Assembly: GCA_036172245.1 (NCBI GenBank)
Contig: JAYWIR010000038.1
Coordinates: forward strand, 868,001-932,000
Length of the DNA stretch: 64,000 nt
Origin: Raillietiella orientalis
Lineage: Eukaryota
Reading direction: 5' to 3'
Shown: positions 35,709 to 46,827 of the stretch, in pieces
How positions within the stretch are numbered: the first letter of the stretch is position 1
Layout of the letters: every line of letters starts with the position of its first letter
Translations under genes and position numbers: made by a program
Notes under the pieces: model-generated
Told to the model about the DNA's origin: nothing
The model's database searches: none
The model's input: only the letters and a program-made list of their open reading frames with translations

Positions 35709-37361
35709 TCATCTCTGGTCAGTTTCTACCCGTAATTCTCCGTTCTTGCCGAGCACTGCGTACCCCTTGGGGGGTTCGGAGGGAGTGGTGGTGTCAGCCT
35801 CCAGGTCGTCCGAGACGCCGTCATCCAGCTCCTCCTCCTCGTCCTCGTAGTAGGACCCGTCGGAGTACTCGGCGCCGCTGCTGCTGCGGCTCAGTCCTGA
35901 CAGGTGGCGCAGCCGAGTCCTTCGGAACGAAAGGTCCTCGGGCTCCGTCTGCTCCGGGATGGCGGTGGACAGGCTGCGGTAGATGTCGTACGAATCTGGG
36001 GGGGGCGGCTTGGGCGACGGGACGGAGTTCCCCGCGGACGTAATGGTGGCCACGGGGATGGAGGTCGGCAATCGGATCACGCGATGCGGGTCCTTGGGCT
36101 TCCTCTCCCTCTTCTTTTCGCCCGCGACCGGGGTGGCGCTGGCGGCGGCCGCAGCGGTCAGGAAGACGTTGGCGCAGGCGTCCTGCTGCGCGCCCACCAC
36201 GACCAGGTCGTCCTTCTTGCCGCCTCCCGCTTTGCGCCCCCTCCGGATGACGCCATCCTTGGGGCACTTGTGGTGCATGAGGTGGTGGCGCCTGCGGAAC
36301 CTTCCCAGGCAGCGCACGCAGTGGAAGGGCTTCTCGCCACGGTGGATCAACGTGTGGGCTTTCAGCTGGTTGGAGTCGGAGAAGCGAGAGGTGCACAGGG
36401 AGCAGGCGTACGGCCTCTCTCCGGTGTGCACGCGCAGATGGCGCCTCAGGTTGGCCACCTGGACGAACTGCCGGTCGCAGTGCGTGCAATGGTATGGCTT
36501 CTCGCCGGTGTGCAGCCGCATGTGCGTCTTGAGATGGTGGTCGCGTGTGAACCGCTTATGGCACTCCTTGCACTCGAAGGGCTTCTCCCCCGTATGGGTG
36601 CGTTCGTGGTTCTGCAGCACGTGCTTGTAGCCGAAGCAGCGCTGGCACACCTTGCACACAAACACTTTTTCACGGGAGGAGGCGATCCCGGCCTCGGACC
36701 GCGCACTGCGCTTCTTGTCCGTGCCATTGGGGTGGTGGTGGTGGTGATGGTGGTGGTGGTGGTGGTGGCTCGCACTGCTCCCGCCCCCGCTGCTCGACTC
36801 CGGGGAGGAACCGGTGGTGGGAGACTTGGTTGAGTACGTGTCCGGAGGGGAGAACCGCACGCTAATATCTCCCCCGCCCAGGTTCGACCCCAGGTCGCCT
36901 CCACTGCCGCCGTGCAGCGACGGGGAGCTGTTGCTCGACGAAGTCTTGTTGGATAACAGACCCGGAGGCAGCGTGGACAGCGTGCTGAGCTTGGTCCACG
37001 CCGAAAGCAGGGCTTCCCGGTGGGCGGCGTTGATCAGAGATGGGTTGCTCAAGTGCGGAGGGAAGGCATTCACCGACGCTCCGGGACCGATGAGAGGGAG
37101 GGGGTATCCCTGGCGGGCCGCGGCTGCCAAACTGGCCACGATGGCAGCCTGCAGGGCCGCAGCCTGCGTGCTGGCCGTCGCAGCGAGTATTGCCGGCGGA
37201 AAAGACAGGGCCGCGGGGAACAGAGGGGGTGGTTCGGAACTGTCGCGGTCCTTTTCCCGCTCCCAGGATCCGAAATGACCCATGCTTCCATCCTGAGTGC
37301 TCTTGTGCAGGGGGAGAGTGGCTTCTCGATCCCTCGCCTCTCCATCGCCCCCTTCTTTCAT
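35709..37361 (-). CDS. Kr: Krueppel (gap/neuroblast zinc-finger transcriptional repressor), 550 aa main coding exon
   Basis: Five fingers at about 36264-36663 closely match arthropod Krueppel ([62 protein letters not shown], and an atypical fifth finger [12 protein letters not shown]). Also an Ala-rich N-terminal region, a basic RKPKDPHR box and the C-terminal [11 protein letters not shown]tBP-binding motif (35928-35957). The true N-terminus may depend on an upstream exon (candidate acceptors before 37405 and 37376). Confidence 0.95.
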   Translation of the reverse strand: MKEGGDGEARDREATLPLHKSTQDGSMGHFGSWEREKDRDSSEPPPLFPAALSFPPAILAATASTQAAALQAAIVASLAAAARQGYPLPLIGPGASVNAFPPHLSNPSLINAAHREALLSAWTKLSTLSTLPPGLLSNKTSSSNSSPSLHGGSGGDLGSNLGGGDISVRFSPPDTYSTKSPTTGSSPESSSGGGSSASHHHHHHHHHHHHPNGTDKKRSARSEAGIASSREKVFVCKVCQRCFGYKHVLQNHERTHTGEKPFECKECHKRFTRDHHLKTHMRLHTGEKPYHCTHCDRQFVQVANLRRHLRVHTGERPYACSLCTSRFSDSNQLKAHTLIHRGEKPFHCVRCLGRFRRRHHLMHHKCPKDGVIRRGRKAGGGKKDDLVVVGAQQDACANVFLTAAAAASATPVAGEKKRERKPKDPHRVIRLPTSIPVATITSAGNSVPSPKPPPPDSYDIYRSLSTAIPEQTEPEDLSFRRTRLRHLSGLSRSSSGAEYSDGSYYEDEEEELDDGVSDDLEADTTTPSEPPKGYAVLGKNGELRVETDQR

Positions 37362-40300
37362 CCCTCTTGAATATATCTGGAGGTAGGATGCACCACGATT
37401 CTATTCTGGAAGAGAAAAGGGAACACGGTGAGGAAGATGCACGGGCGCCAGACGCAGGCGAGAGGTTGATCCTCTTGCTAATGTGGGTGGGCGGGCACGC
37501 ATGGACGACAACTGCGAATGCCATCGACTGGTTCGCGAAAAGAACCACCTCTCCGGGCGTTCGCGAGTTTGTCCTACCCTTCCCTTCTCCGTTTTCTTCC
37601 CACACTCCCCACCCCCGCTCCCAGAGGCCCTGCGCGGCGTTTCGCCACTGCTGTTCTCCCGATCGCAGGAGCTCCCACGGAAGACGGAAGGTGGTTACAA
37701 AGCCTTTTTTTTTTTTTTTTTTTTTTTTGCTTTTCGTTTTCTTCGTGAACCTTCTGGAAATTTTCCCCATAGACGGCTACAGCTGAGGCGACGCGACCTG
37801 ACCGCTGAGAAACGCACCCGACGCGCGTGCAACTGCAGCAACCCCCGAAAGCTCACCACGCGTGTGTGCGCATTTTGTGACATCGAAGATGCGCGCGCGC
37901 GCACACATAAAGAAGGGAGGGTCGTACTTGAATCGGCATATCAGGTTCCCCCCCCCTCTCCCCGTTGAAATCGACACCTGATCCCCCATTAAAAAGAAGA
38001 TACGTATCAGGAGCAGGGGAATCGTGCACTTTTCTGAAGGTGTTTTGGGAGGTCCCTGCCCCGCCGTCGTTGCAGAAGCAGCAGCAACAGCAATAGCAGC
38101 TGCTTGCTGGAATGTCGGTTCGATCGGCCAGTACTTCTGGAGGGTGGTTGGCCTTCCTTTCTTTCCCTTTACGAAATCCAGGTGACTCCTGTGGGGCAGT
38201 AGCAGCAGCAGCAGAATTTTCGTCCTCGCTCGAGACAAGGGCTTGGAGCGCGCTCTTCATCATGCAGTCTGAGGAGGGAAGCTGTGCCATTGTCAGCATG
38301 GAGGAGATGCTCGGATGTGCTCTGCACGCAGGACTGCCAGAACGATCCTGCAGGCCATCAAGCTCTGTCCCATGGCCCTCCTGTGTAGGAAAGCATCGCG
38401 GGGAAAACACACACACACACATACACAAGAATAATATGGAAGGTTTCGAAGATCGTGTGCCCTGCCGCTGAAGCTAGGCGGTCCGTACACTAAACATGGC
38501 GGATGGCATGCACACGCTCTTCTGCTTCTCTCTGGCACACGTTTGCCTGCAGAGAAGCACAGGGAAATCCACACACAAGTTCCTCCTCCCGACAAGCACG
38601 AAAGTCTGAGGGTCCCTTCTTATGGAGACCTCGGATCCACTCATCCCTTCCTTCCTTCTCTTGATCGTCTAATTCACCTCCACAAGAGCACACAGCCGGT
38701 CACGTGCAAACACGTTGCATTTCTTCTACGTGGCCTGCGCATACTCCGCCAAGGCCAAACTGAACGCGTGCGTGCGTACACGTGGATGGATAGGTACGTA
38801 GAGGGGCGAGGGGGCGGGTATACATACTCACGCGGCTACAGGCACGCGCGCGCGTGTGCAAACTTCATACTGACTTGTTGCAACGCTTTCGAGCGGTCAC
38901 ATGAGATTTCCGACAGCGTTCTCGGGAGATCCCCGACGCATCTTCTCGAAGAGGAGCGACTCCAATGCACGCACCGTTCTCTGATGACCCAGCGACCACC
39001 ACGAGGACGCTGGCTGAGGGCGCAAAGGCGATAGGCGAAACAAAAAAAAAAAATAAAAGGAAGAAAAGAAAAGGAAACAGGGAAAGAAAGAAGCCTGGTG
39101 TATTTCCCCGCCGCAGAGCAGGCCCGGTAAACGAAGGGGAAAGAGGAGATTAGAAGACCGGCAGCTGTTCCTTGAAGGAGTCTCGCAAGGAACCGCGCAG
39201 GCAAATAACGCCGCCTCGCAATCGATAAACCACCGAGGCGCGTACGGCTCCTGAGAAAAACGGATTATCTGTTGCGCAAAAGCCAAACAGAACGGAGATC
39301 ATCACGAGGATAGGAGTTGCTCGTTCCCTCGGTAATCAGCTCCGCATCTCGCGCTTTCTTCTCTGAAGTAGGAAAGAGGGAAGGAGCGAACGACCTTTCC
39401 GAGTGTAAACAAGTGCTTGGCTTGCGTCACCGAGCGAACCCCTTTGCTCTCACGCGCCTCGCCCCTGGAAACGCCGAATGGTGGGCGGAGAGCGAAAAGA
39501 AAAGAAGAAAAAAAAAAAAAGAAGCAAGGCAGCCAGCCAGCCAGCCGTCACGATTCCAGGGATGCCTGCCGAACATTCCACGAAGGGTTGAAGAGTCGAA
39601 AACAAAACGGGGGCATCTCCGGAACCGGTTCCCTGCATTTTCCAGCTGCCGCGCCAGCGTCCCGTTCTTGTTCTCTCGTGTAGTCGTCGTACGGAGCCGT
39701 CCTGATACGGTACGCGTGCAGGTACGCGTGCAAATGGCGTGCGTTTGTTTGCCAAATGGCGCAACCTCGAGGTTTGCACTCAAACGGCAGCTTCTTCTCC
39801 TTTCCCAAGTCCACGAAAATTCCCACAGCGAATTAGGTCCAGATATGTGTCGTGCAGCGGCCGCAGCGACTTGCTCTGCGTAAGAGGCAAACAAGGGAAA
39901 AGACACGAAAATGCCAGAGCAGTTTCCGAAACAGCGAACGAACACTTCCTGGAGCGGATCACGGAGGGTTGGGTTCACCCGCGGATGACAAACTTTCGGC
40001 CGAGCGTATGACCGAAGCGAGAAAACGGATGGATTCTTTCGTGACTCTCCACGGTTCGTCGTTTACAAAAACGTCAAACTCTATGAATCCTTCGTAATTC
40101 TTTAGTTTGTTTCTTTCTTCTTTCTCTTGAGGAGCATGGGAATCTTCCGATGATGTTTGCTGGACAACGCTCGACTTTTCCCTTTTCCCTTCGGAATATG
40201 TGCGCATTTTTTTTTTTTTCCTTTGCCGCAGCGCAAGGAGGCACTTTCTCACGTCGTTGGCAAGGACGTTTGGTTCAATCGCCCTCTGCAAGCTGTGGGT

Positions 40301-40541
40301 CACAATCTGAAGTAAACATCTTCAGCTTATATCTGCAGGGCTATCAGAACCTCAATGATACAACGTGGTCATAAGATAACCTACATTCAGCGCAGTGAAG
40401 GCCGTTGAACCGGAAAGTTATGTACGACCGCGCAAACAAATGCCCGCCGGCAAGGTATTTTGCAAATGCTGCGCTCGAGAGCATTGGCTTCCTCATCGCA
40501 ATCCGTGCGGATTCTCGGCTCTCTCGCTCTCTCGTTGCGCG

Positions 40542-40573
<32 letters not shown>

Positions 40574-43500
40574 TCCAACCTTTTCCACACATCCTTCGGA
40601 GAAAACATTACGTAAGTTTCGCTAAAAGCAACGACAGAGCTGAGTGTGGTTGGGGAAGCAACAAAAAAAAAAAGGAAAGAATGAATGAAAGAAAAGAAAA
40701 AAGAAAGCCATCCGGAAGTCCATTTTCGCGCATTTTCGGAGCCACGCTATCCTCTCGAAGTCATGAATCAAATCGAATGGTAAAGGAATGCGAAAAAAAC
40801 AGAACAGAACAGAAGGGGAGAAGGACAAGAACGTGGTCCACATGGCTTCTTCCTTCCGTCGCGCCGGGCAACGTGCTACGATAGCAAATAGGCAGGCACA
40901 TCATCCGGAACTGCGAAATCTGCTCCGGCACGGAAACACCGGAAAATTTTCCATTTCGCCACGCGCTTTTGCAAGCCTAGACACGCTGACTTTGCGAGAG
41001 CAGCTTCCTTAGACGCTTCCTGTCATCAGCCACCACAAAACCTGGATGCCTTTCCATGGCAAGGGTTCGCCCTCGACGAAACGCATAGCGGGAAATCCCA
41101 TCCTCCTCCAGCTCCAAAAGAAGCCGGAGGAATGTCTCCGATCAGATGGAACAGAGCAGTGAAGATCGCGTTCACAGGAAGAAAACAGAAATCCTTGAAG
41201 AGAGACCAAACCCAAAACATGGAAGAAGGGGAAGGGAGGGGGAGGGCTGCATGCACGAAACACACAAGTGCAAGAATCAGGCAACCGTCTTGACTGCAAA
41301 AGTACTTCTACAAACAAGAGCATGGGGTCAAGAGTCGAGGAGGAGGAGGAAATTCTTTCACGAGACGTGGAGCATCAATTAACATGAAGTCCTCCGGCGC
41401 GTTCTCTGACTGCAGCCTTCATGGAGATTCTACGAGGAAGAACTCCTCCCCTCGCCCTCCAGGAGCGATTCCCCGCACTGCCTCCACACAGCATCATCCG
41501 CCTTCGAAACAACAAGACGGTGACGTTGCAGCAGAAACGTGATGAACAGAAACGAAGAGGTCCAACCGCTTCCTCATTGATCATTTCATTGTGATGGCAC
41601 GGAGGCGATCTTGACTTTGGTGTTGTGTTAGGGCTTGCCAACACTGCCTTTCCTGTTTTCGGAGAGGGAAGGGGGGGCAAGAGTTAGGATGAAACCACGG
41701 AGGACCAGACTGCCGCACCAGACACGCCGCTCGTGCTCAAACGGAGAAGGAAAACGAAAATACCTCTAACACGAAACATCCCGGAGTCTTCCGCCTTCCG
41801 GCTTCCAGCACATCTTGAAGCCTATCATGGTGCCTTTCAAGATTTCTGTATTGGATTTCATTTTGCATACGCCTACTAAACTTTTGGGAGCCCAGCATTC
41901 ATCGGAATTACAGGGAAGAAGGCGACAAGGGCCAACTAGCAAACGTACAGCAGGAGACGTGGCAAGGCGCAGATACCACAAATGTGACGCCGCTCGTTGC
42001 CATGAATCCACTTTTTTTTTCCTCCCTCTCTCTCTCTCCTACGGAACCCTGAAGAACAGCTGGCGTCGGTTTTTGCGACTCGTTCAAATCTCTCGGTGAA
42101 ACGCTCACTTTTTCGACAGAGCCTCTGAGGCAGCAAGTCCACTTTTTCGTTTTTTTCTTTTTCGGACACGGAGAGAAAAGAGAGAGAGAGAGAGACAGAT
42201 GAGATGAAACCACTTGATGCACCGCGTCGAGCAACTAGAAAGCATTCTTTGCAAATTCGAAACAGTTCGGGAACTCGCGGCGGCGCTCGCCTCTCCTCCG
42301 CAACTGCAACCGACACCAACCGCCGTCAACACGCGTGCGTGCGACCGCATACGCCTCAGTCTTCCCGGCTATCCCGATTCCGCCCGGATCAGGAGGAAAC
42401 CTCCTCCTCGAGTTGCGTAGAAAGAGGACAGCACCAAAAGTTTTTACCTCCAGCGGTGCAGCGCACGTGCTCATGATCGAGGAGGAGGAGACCGGAGAAG
42501 CAACAACAACAACAACAACAATCTCCGGACGACGTGGAATGGAGCGTGGAATGGAACTTCCCACCGCCGCGTACTTGAAAGGATCACTGCGGAGGGAGGC
42601 CGGCGACAGGTCGCGTGCAAGCCAGCGGCTCCGTTACTTCCATTTCACCTCGTGGGGAGAATTCACTCTGCGAAGTAGCAGCAGCTCTCGGGATCTCGTC
42701 GCGCCCGCTCACCTTCTTAAAGATCGAAAAGTCTGTTGTTGTTGGTGGTTCATGCTGGGTGTCGCACGGGGCGCGGCGCGGAGAAGCTCAGCCAATGACA
42801 CGATGATCTTGCATTCATGATTTTTTTTTTTTTTTTTTCCTTCTTCAGCACCCGCGTGCATGGAGAGCGCAGGGTTCGGAGGCACATTGCCTCCTGCCGG
42901 CGCTGCGGAAAATTTGCCACGGCAATTCGATCGCTGCGGCTCGGCGTTTTCGGCAAGGCGACCGCCCGATTGCATCCAACGCTCCGTCCTCCTCTTCCCG
43001 ACGTTCGGTCGCGAGTGAGGGAGCAAGGAACGAAGGGAACACGTACCGGGACATGAGGAACAAGCAACACCAAGACGGGAGAGCACCCTTCTCTTTTCGA
43101 AGCTCCGTTTCTTTCGTACCCCTCTGTGTGCCCCCTCTGTCCGGGAGGAGATACCCACGGACTCGCGCGCTCTTCCGACGTGGCGGACGCAAAGGCACAA
43201 AAAAAAAAAAATTTGGCGCAGCTTCCGTAAGCTTGAGAGAAACTCGGAAAAGCCGACTCTCCGGAGTAATCCCCAAAGCCCGTACAACCAAGTCCCAGAA
43301 TTCCAAAGTCTTTGGGGCATCTCCCAGACCTTCGATGCAACGAAATCTCTGTTTCCCCGCCTTTCCGCCTTCGGGAGCAGAGAGCCTCCGGCGGAGAACC
43401 CTCCTGTCCCCGAATGACGACAGAAAAGGGATATGGACGAAACGCCTTCGCAAGGCACCGGCACCCATCCCGTGCATTCCCGCCGGCATTCGAAAATTTT

Positions 43501-45246
43501 GCCGAGGCCTTCCTCTTTGGCACATGGACCCCTTCGCCGCAGACCTCCAACCCCACCCTCTTTTTTCAATTCTCCTGCCTCCCTCCCTAGAAAACCGCTT
43601 CTCAACGAACGACCGTGGACCCACACTACGAGCGCTCGATTCGGTTTGGTTCCCATAGGAAACCTCAATGTTTGCAGCGCTACGAAAACGCAACTCCATC
43701 TCCCATTTCTTGATCGCATCTCCGTTCCTGGAAAGGTGCGCATCGCGGAGAGCTGGCACGACACGTCTCTGCGGGCGTGTTTTCGTACGTGTAGCTGCCG
43801 ATCGGGTAGGCAGGCTGCAAGGAGGGGATCATCACGTCAGCAGATTGTGCACATCCGGCATCCAGGAGAGATCGCTCTCGCACGCGAGGAGGCTCCCGGA
43901 GCAGCGAGCGGCGAGCGGAATTCGCCGCCACGGGTCCAGGAATTGCCAATCGCCAACAGCACCTTCCTTCCTCCTCGTTTCGATGTCGCGCTTCCCGTGT
44001 CCGCGGATCGTCACGTTATGCCGTCCCCGCACGCAGGAAAGTCCACGGGGAGCGTTTGCAACGAGAGTGGACCCCTAAGAGGAAACGTCCATTTTTCGAT
44101 CCCGAGTCCTCTGTAGAAGTGGATCCGATGCATTTTTCACGTGGTCACGGGAGGGAAACCACTCGTTCCTGTTGCCGTCGTCGGCACCAACGATGCCCTT
44201 GTTCTTTGCGGTGGACGCCGGCGCCGGCGTGTTCGAATTTCGCTTTCCACCTCCCCCCTTTCCCCTCGGTGGAAGCGGCGGTGGTGGGGCTTTCGCAGCG
44301 CCTAAAAATTCATCCCCGATTCACCGCGGTGAAGTTTTGCATCAGCGACACGAGCCAGAGGAATCCGTCCCTCCCTTCCCTCCAGAACACGATGCAATTC
44401 CGGGCTTCGGGGACAACTTAACCTCGATTAAGTGTACCCTTTTTTTTCTTTCTTTCTTTCTTTCTTTCTTTTTTTTTTATGGAACACAATCGCTCGGGAT
44501 ACAGAGGAAATGTTTTTCCAGCGAAAGAGAGCGGGTTTACGAAATTCTGGAATCCTTTCCCTGGATAATGACGCCGAATGGACAGGTGGGAATAACTGGC
44601 GTATGAGGAAAGGCGCACGCATCCCAAGGGGTTAGCTACAATGGAGTTACATATTGAAGGGGTTTGCACAGAAACTGAAAGGGGGGAAACGGTAGGCACG
44701 GCAACGTGACACCGACCATTCACATTGGGGTTTATAGAGAAACAGGGAGGACTCCGCAACATGCAAAGTTAACCCTAATCCTTAACTGGTACATTATGAA
44801 GTAGCAATAACCGACAAAAACCGGGAGGATACTGGCGAGCCAGAGGGAGGGAGAAAAAGAGGGAAAAAAGGAAAAAAAAGGAAAAAAGGAAAAATACGCA
44901 TCAAATCGAAAGGGAATCGGTTCCTTTCGTGGACGCGGATTTACGGGAACGCCGTGGTCTGTCTCTACGGAGGGCAACAAAGAGTCATTGCGGTCGCTCC
45001 GCAGTCGGCTGGATAACTTGGAGTGGCCAAGAATTTGCGAAAGCAGCACGCCTCTGGCCACTGCTTGGCTGCTGCTGAGGCCACTGCAGCAAGAGGATGA
45101 AGAATCCTCTTCTCAGGGAGGGAGAGAGCTGACGGACAGACGTTCCCAGCTGCGCGCGGAGTCTTCGTTCCAGGAGCCCTCGCCGATAAACGCGCGCCGT
45201 GGCGGAAAACTGTTGCTCCGGAAACTGCTGCACCTTTGCGTGGCCC

Positions 45247-45296
45247 GCGGCGGCGGCGGCGGCGGCGGCGGAGGAGGAGGAGGAGGAGGAGGAGGA
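45247..45296. repeat. Compound (GCG)n(GAG)n trinucleotide repeat
   Basis: Read directly from sequence. Confidence 0.9.
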
Positions 45297-46465
45297 ACAC
45301 AAAAAGTTCGGCCGTGGTTCGGGAACAGCTGCCGCAGCCGCCAACTTGCAGGGGAGGAGGAACCGCACGTCTTCCCGCCCACGAAACCGTGCCCACCAGC
45401 TCCTCGTCCCACCCGCTAACGAACGGATTGTTTCCCGCGGAGCAGTGCTCTGAGCCGCCGCACCACCAGCATGGAGCAGCCGAAACGCGAGAGTTTCCGC
45501 GCATGTGAGCAGGGACGCTTGGGAAGGCGGTGAGGCGCATTTCGTTCTCGAAGCACCCGAAAGCGCACGACCGGTCTCGAAAACCCTCCAGGCAAAACCG
45601 GAGAAGCAGCAGCATCCACTTCCTCGTTCTCTTCTCGGGGAAGAACGAGAGAGCGCGTCGAGAAGTAAGGGGAGGTGGGCGGGGTGAAGAATGTCTCGCT
45701 GAGGACGGACAGTACCCGAAAGACACCGTCTATCACGGTGCCGAGTGTCCGTTCCTCGAAAGCATCAGACGGGATGTTTCTTGCTTGCAGGGGAGAGGGT
45801 GGTGGGAGGCAATGGTGGTGAGGTGTTTTCACGGCCATTTCTTTCGGGAACCGTTCGGGATGCACGCGGTCGGGATGCATGCGGGGGATTTTTCCAGGCT
45901 CCTCCCCTAGACGGAGCAGCGCTGATGAACAAAGAAAGGAAGAGAACACAATCGCTCGGGATACAGAGGATACAGATAGAGGAATCGCTCCGTCCATTCC
46001 TTATGAAAACCGTCCTCGTGACGCTAGTCATTTCCTCCTCAGAAAAGATGTGGGGGATGGCGACCCGCCAAGTGACGTGAGGAATCAAATAAGGGAGAGG
46101 GAGGAGAGATTGCCGTCTCCAAGCGTCACGTGGCTGTTGGCAGATGGAACTGCTCGGTGTTTTCGCGTTCCCGCTTGCAGCATAGATCGACACTCGCAAA
46201 ATCTCCTTCCCCTACTGTGTCTCCCCCCCCCCCACAGGAAGGGTGCAGGCCACCCATCACCCCTAATGCTGGCCCTCGCTTTGCCCACACGATCCCTCCT
46301 CTCGTCTTTCCAGGCAGCTTCGCCGAGCGCGCACGGGACGACTGCTTCACCGGGAGCATCCTTCTCCACCCTTTCCCCCTGCCTCTCCAGTCGTGGAGGA
46401 AGATAACCCGGCAAAGCGTAAAAAAAGGGGGATTTCGCGCCATCGGACTCCATAAAAGAGTTATT

Positions 46466-46827
46466 TTAACCCTAACAGCCATCGAACCCGTTCAATGAAA
46501 TGGCCAATCAACGTGGCTGAAAGGCCCGAAAGGGATGAGACACGCGCATTACATCTCTTTTCCTCCTCTCCCCTTTGTTTCCCAATATATTTAAGTGCCG
46601 ATCCTCCCAAAGGGAAAGGGGTGTATGAAAGGAAGCGGTTCTTAATCTGGAAGCGAAGAGGAGGACGGATTTTTTGTTCCGGGAAGATCCGGGACGGCTT
46701 GGCATGGAACCCTTTTCGAAAGGGGTGCCGTTGTGTTACAAACAAGGAGGACTGCCGCGCTACGGGAGTTGGTTTGGGCGCCGTGTCAAGGGTTAATTGA
46801 TAACGCGAATCACATTAGAAGGGTTAA
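46466..46827. promoter_or_regulatory. Cluster of five Krueppel-consensus-like sites (candidate enhancer/silencer)
   Basis: TTAACCCT 46466, AACCCGTT 46485, AACCCTTT 46708, AAGGGTTAA 46788, AAGGGTTAA 46819. The Drosophila Kr consensus is AA(A/C)GGGTTAA. Confidence 0.35.

Noticed and set aside
35904..36833. 309-aa and 215-aa plus-strand ORFs over Kr
   Set aside because: Antisense shadows of GC3-rich Kr codons.
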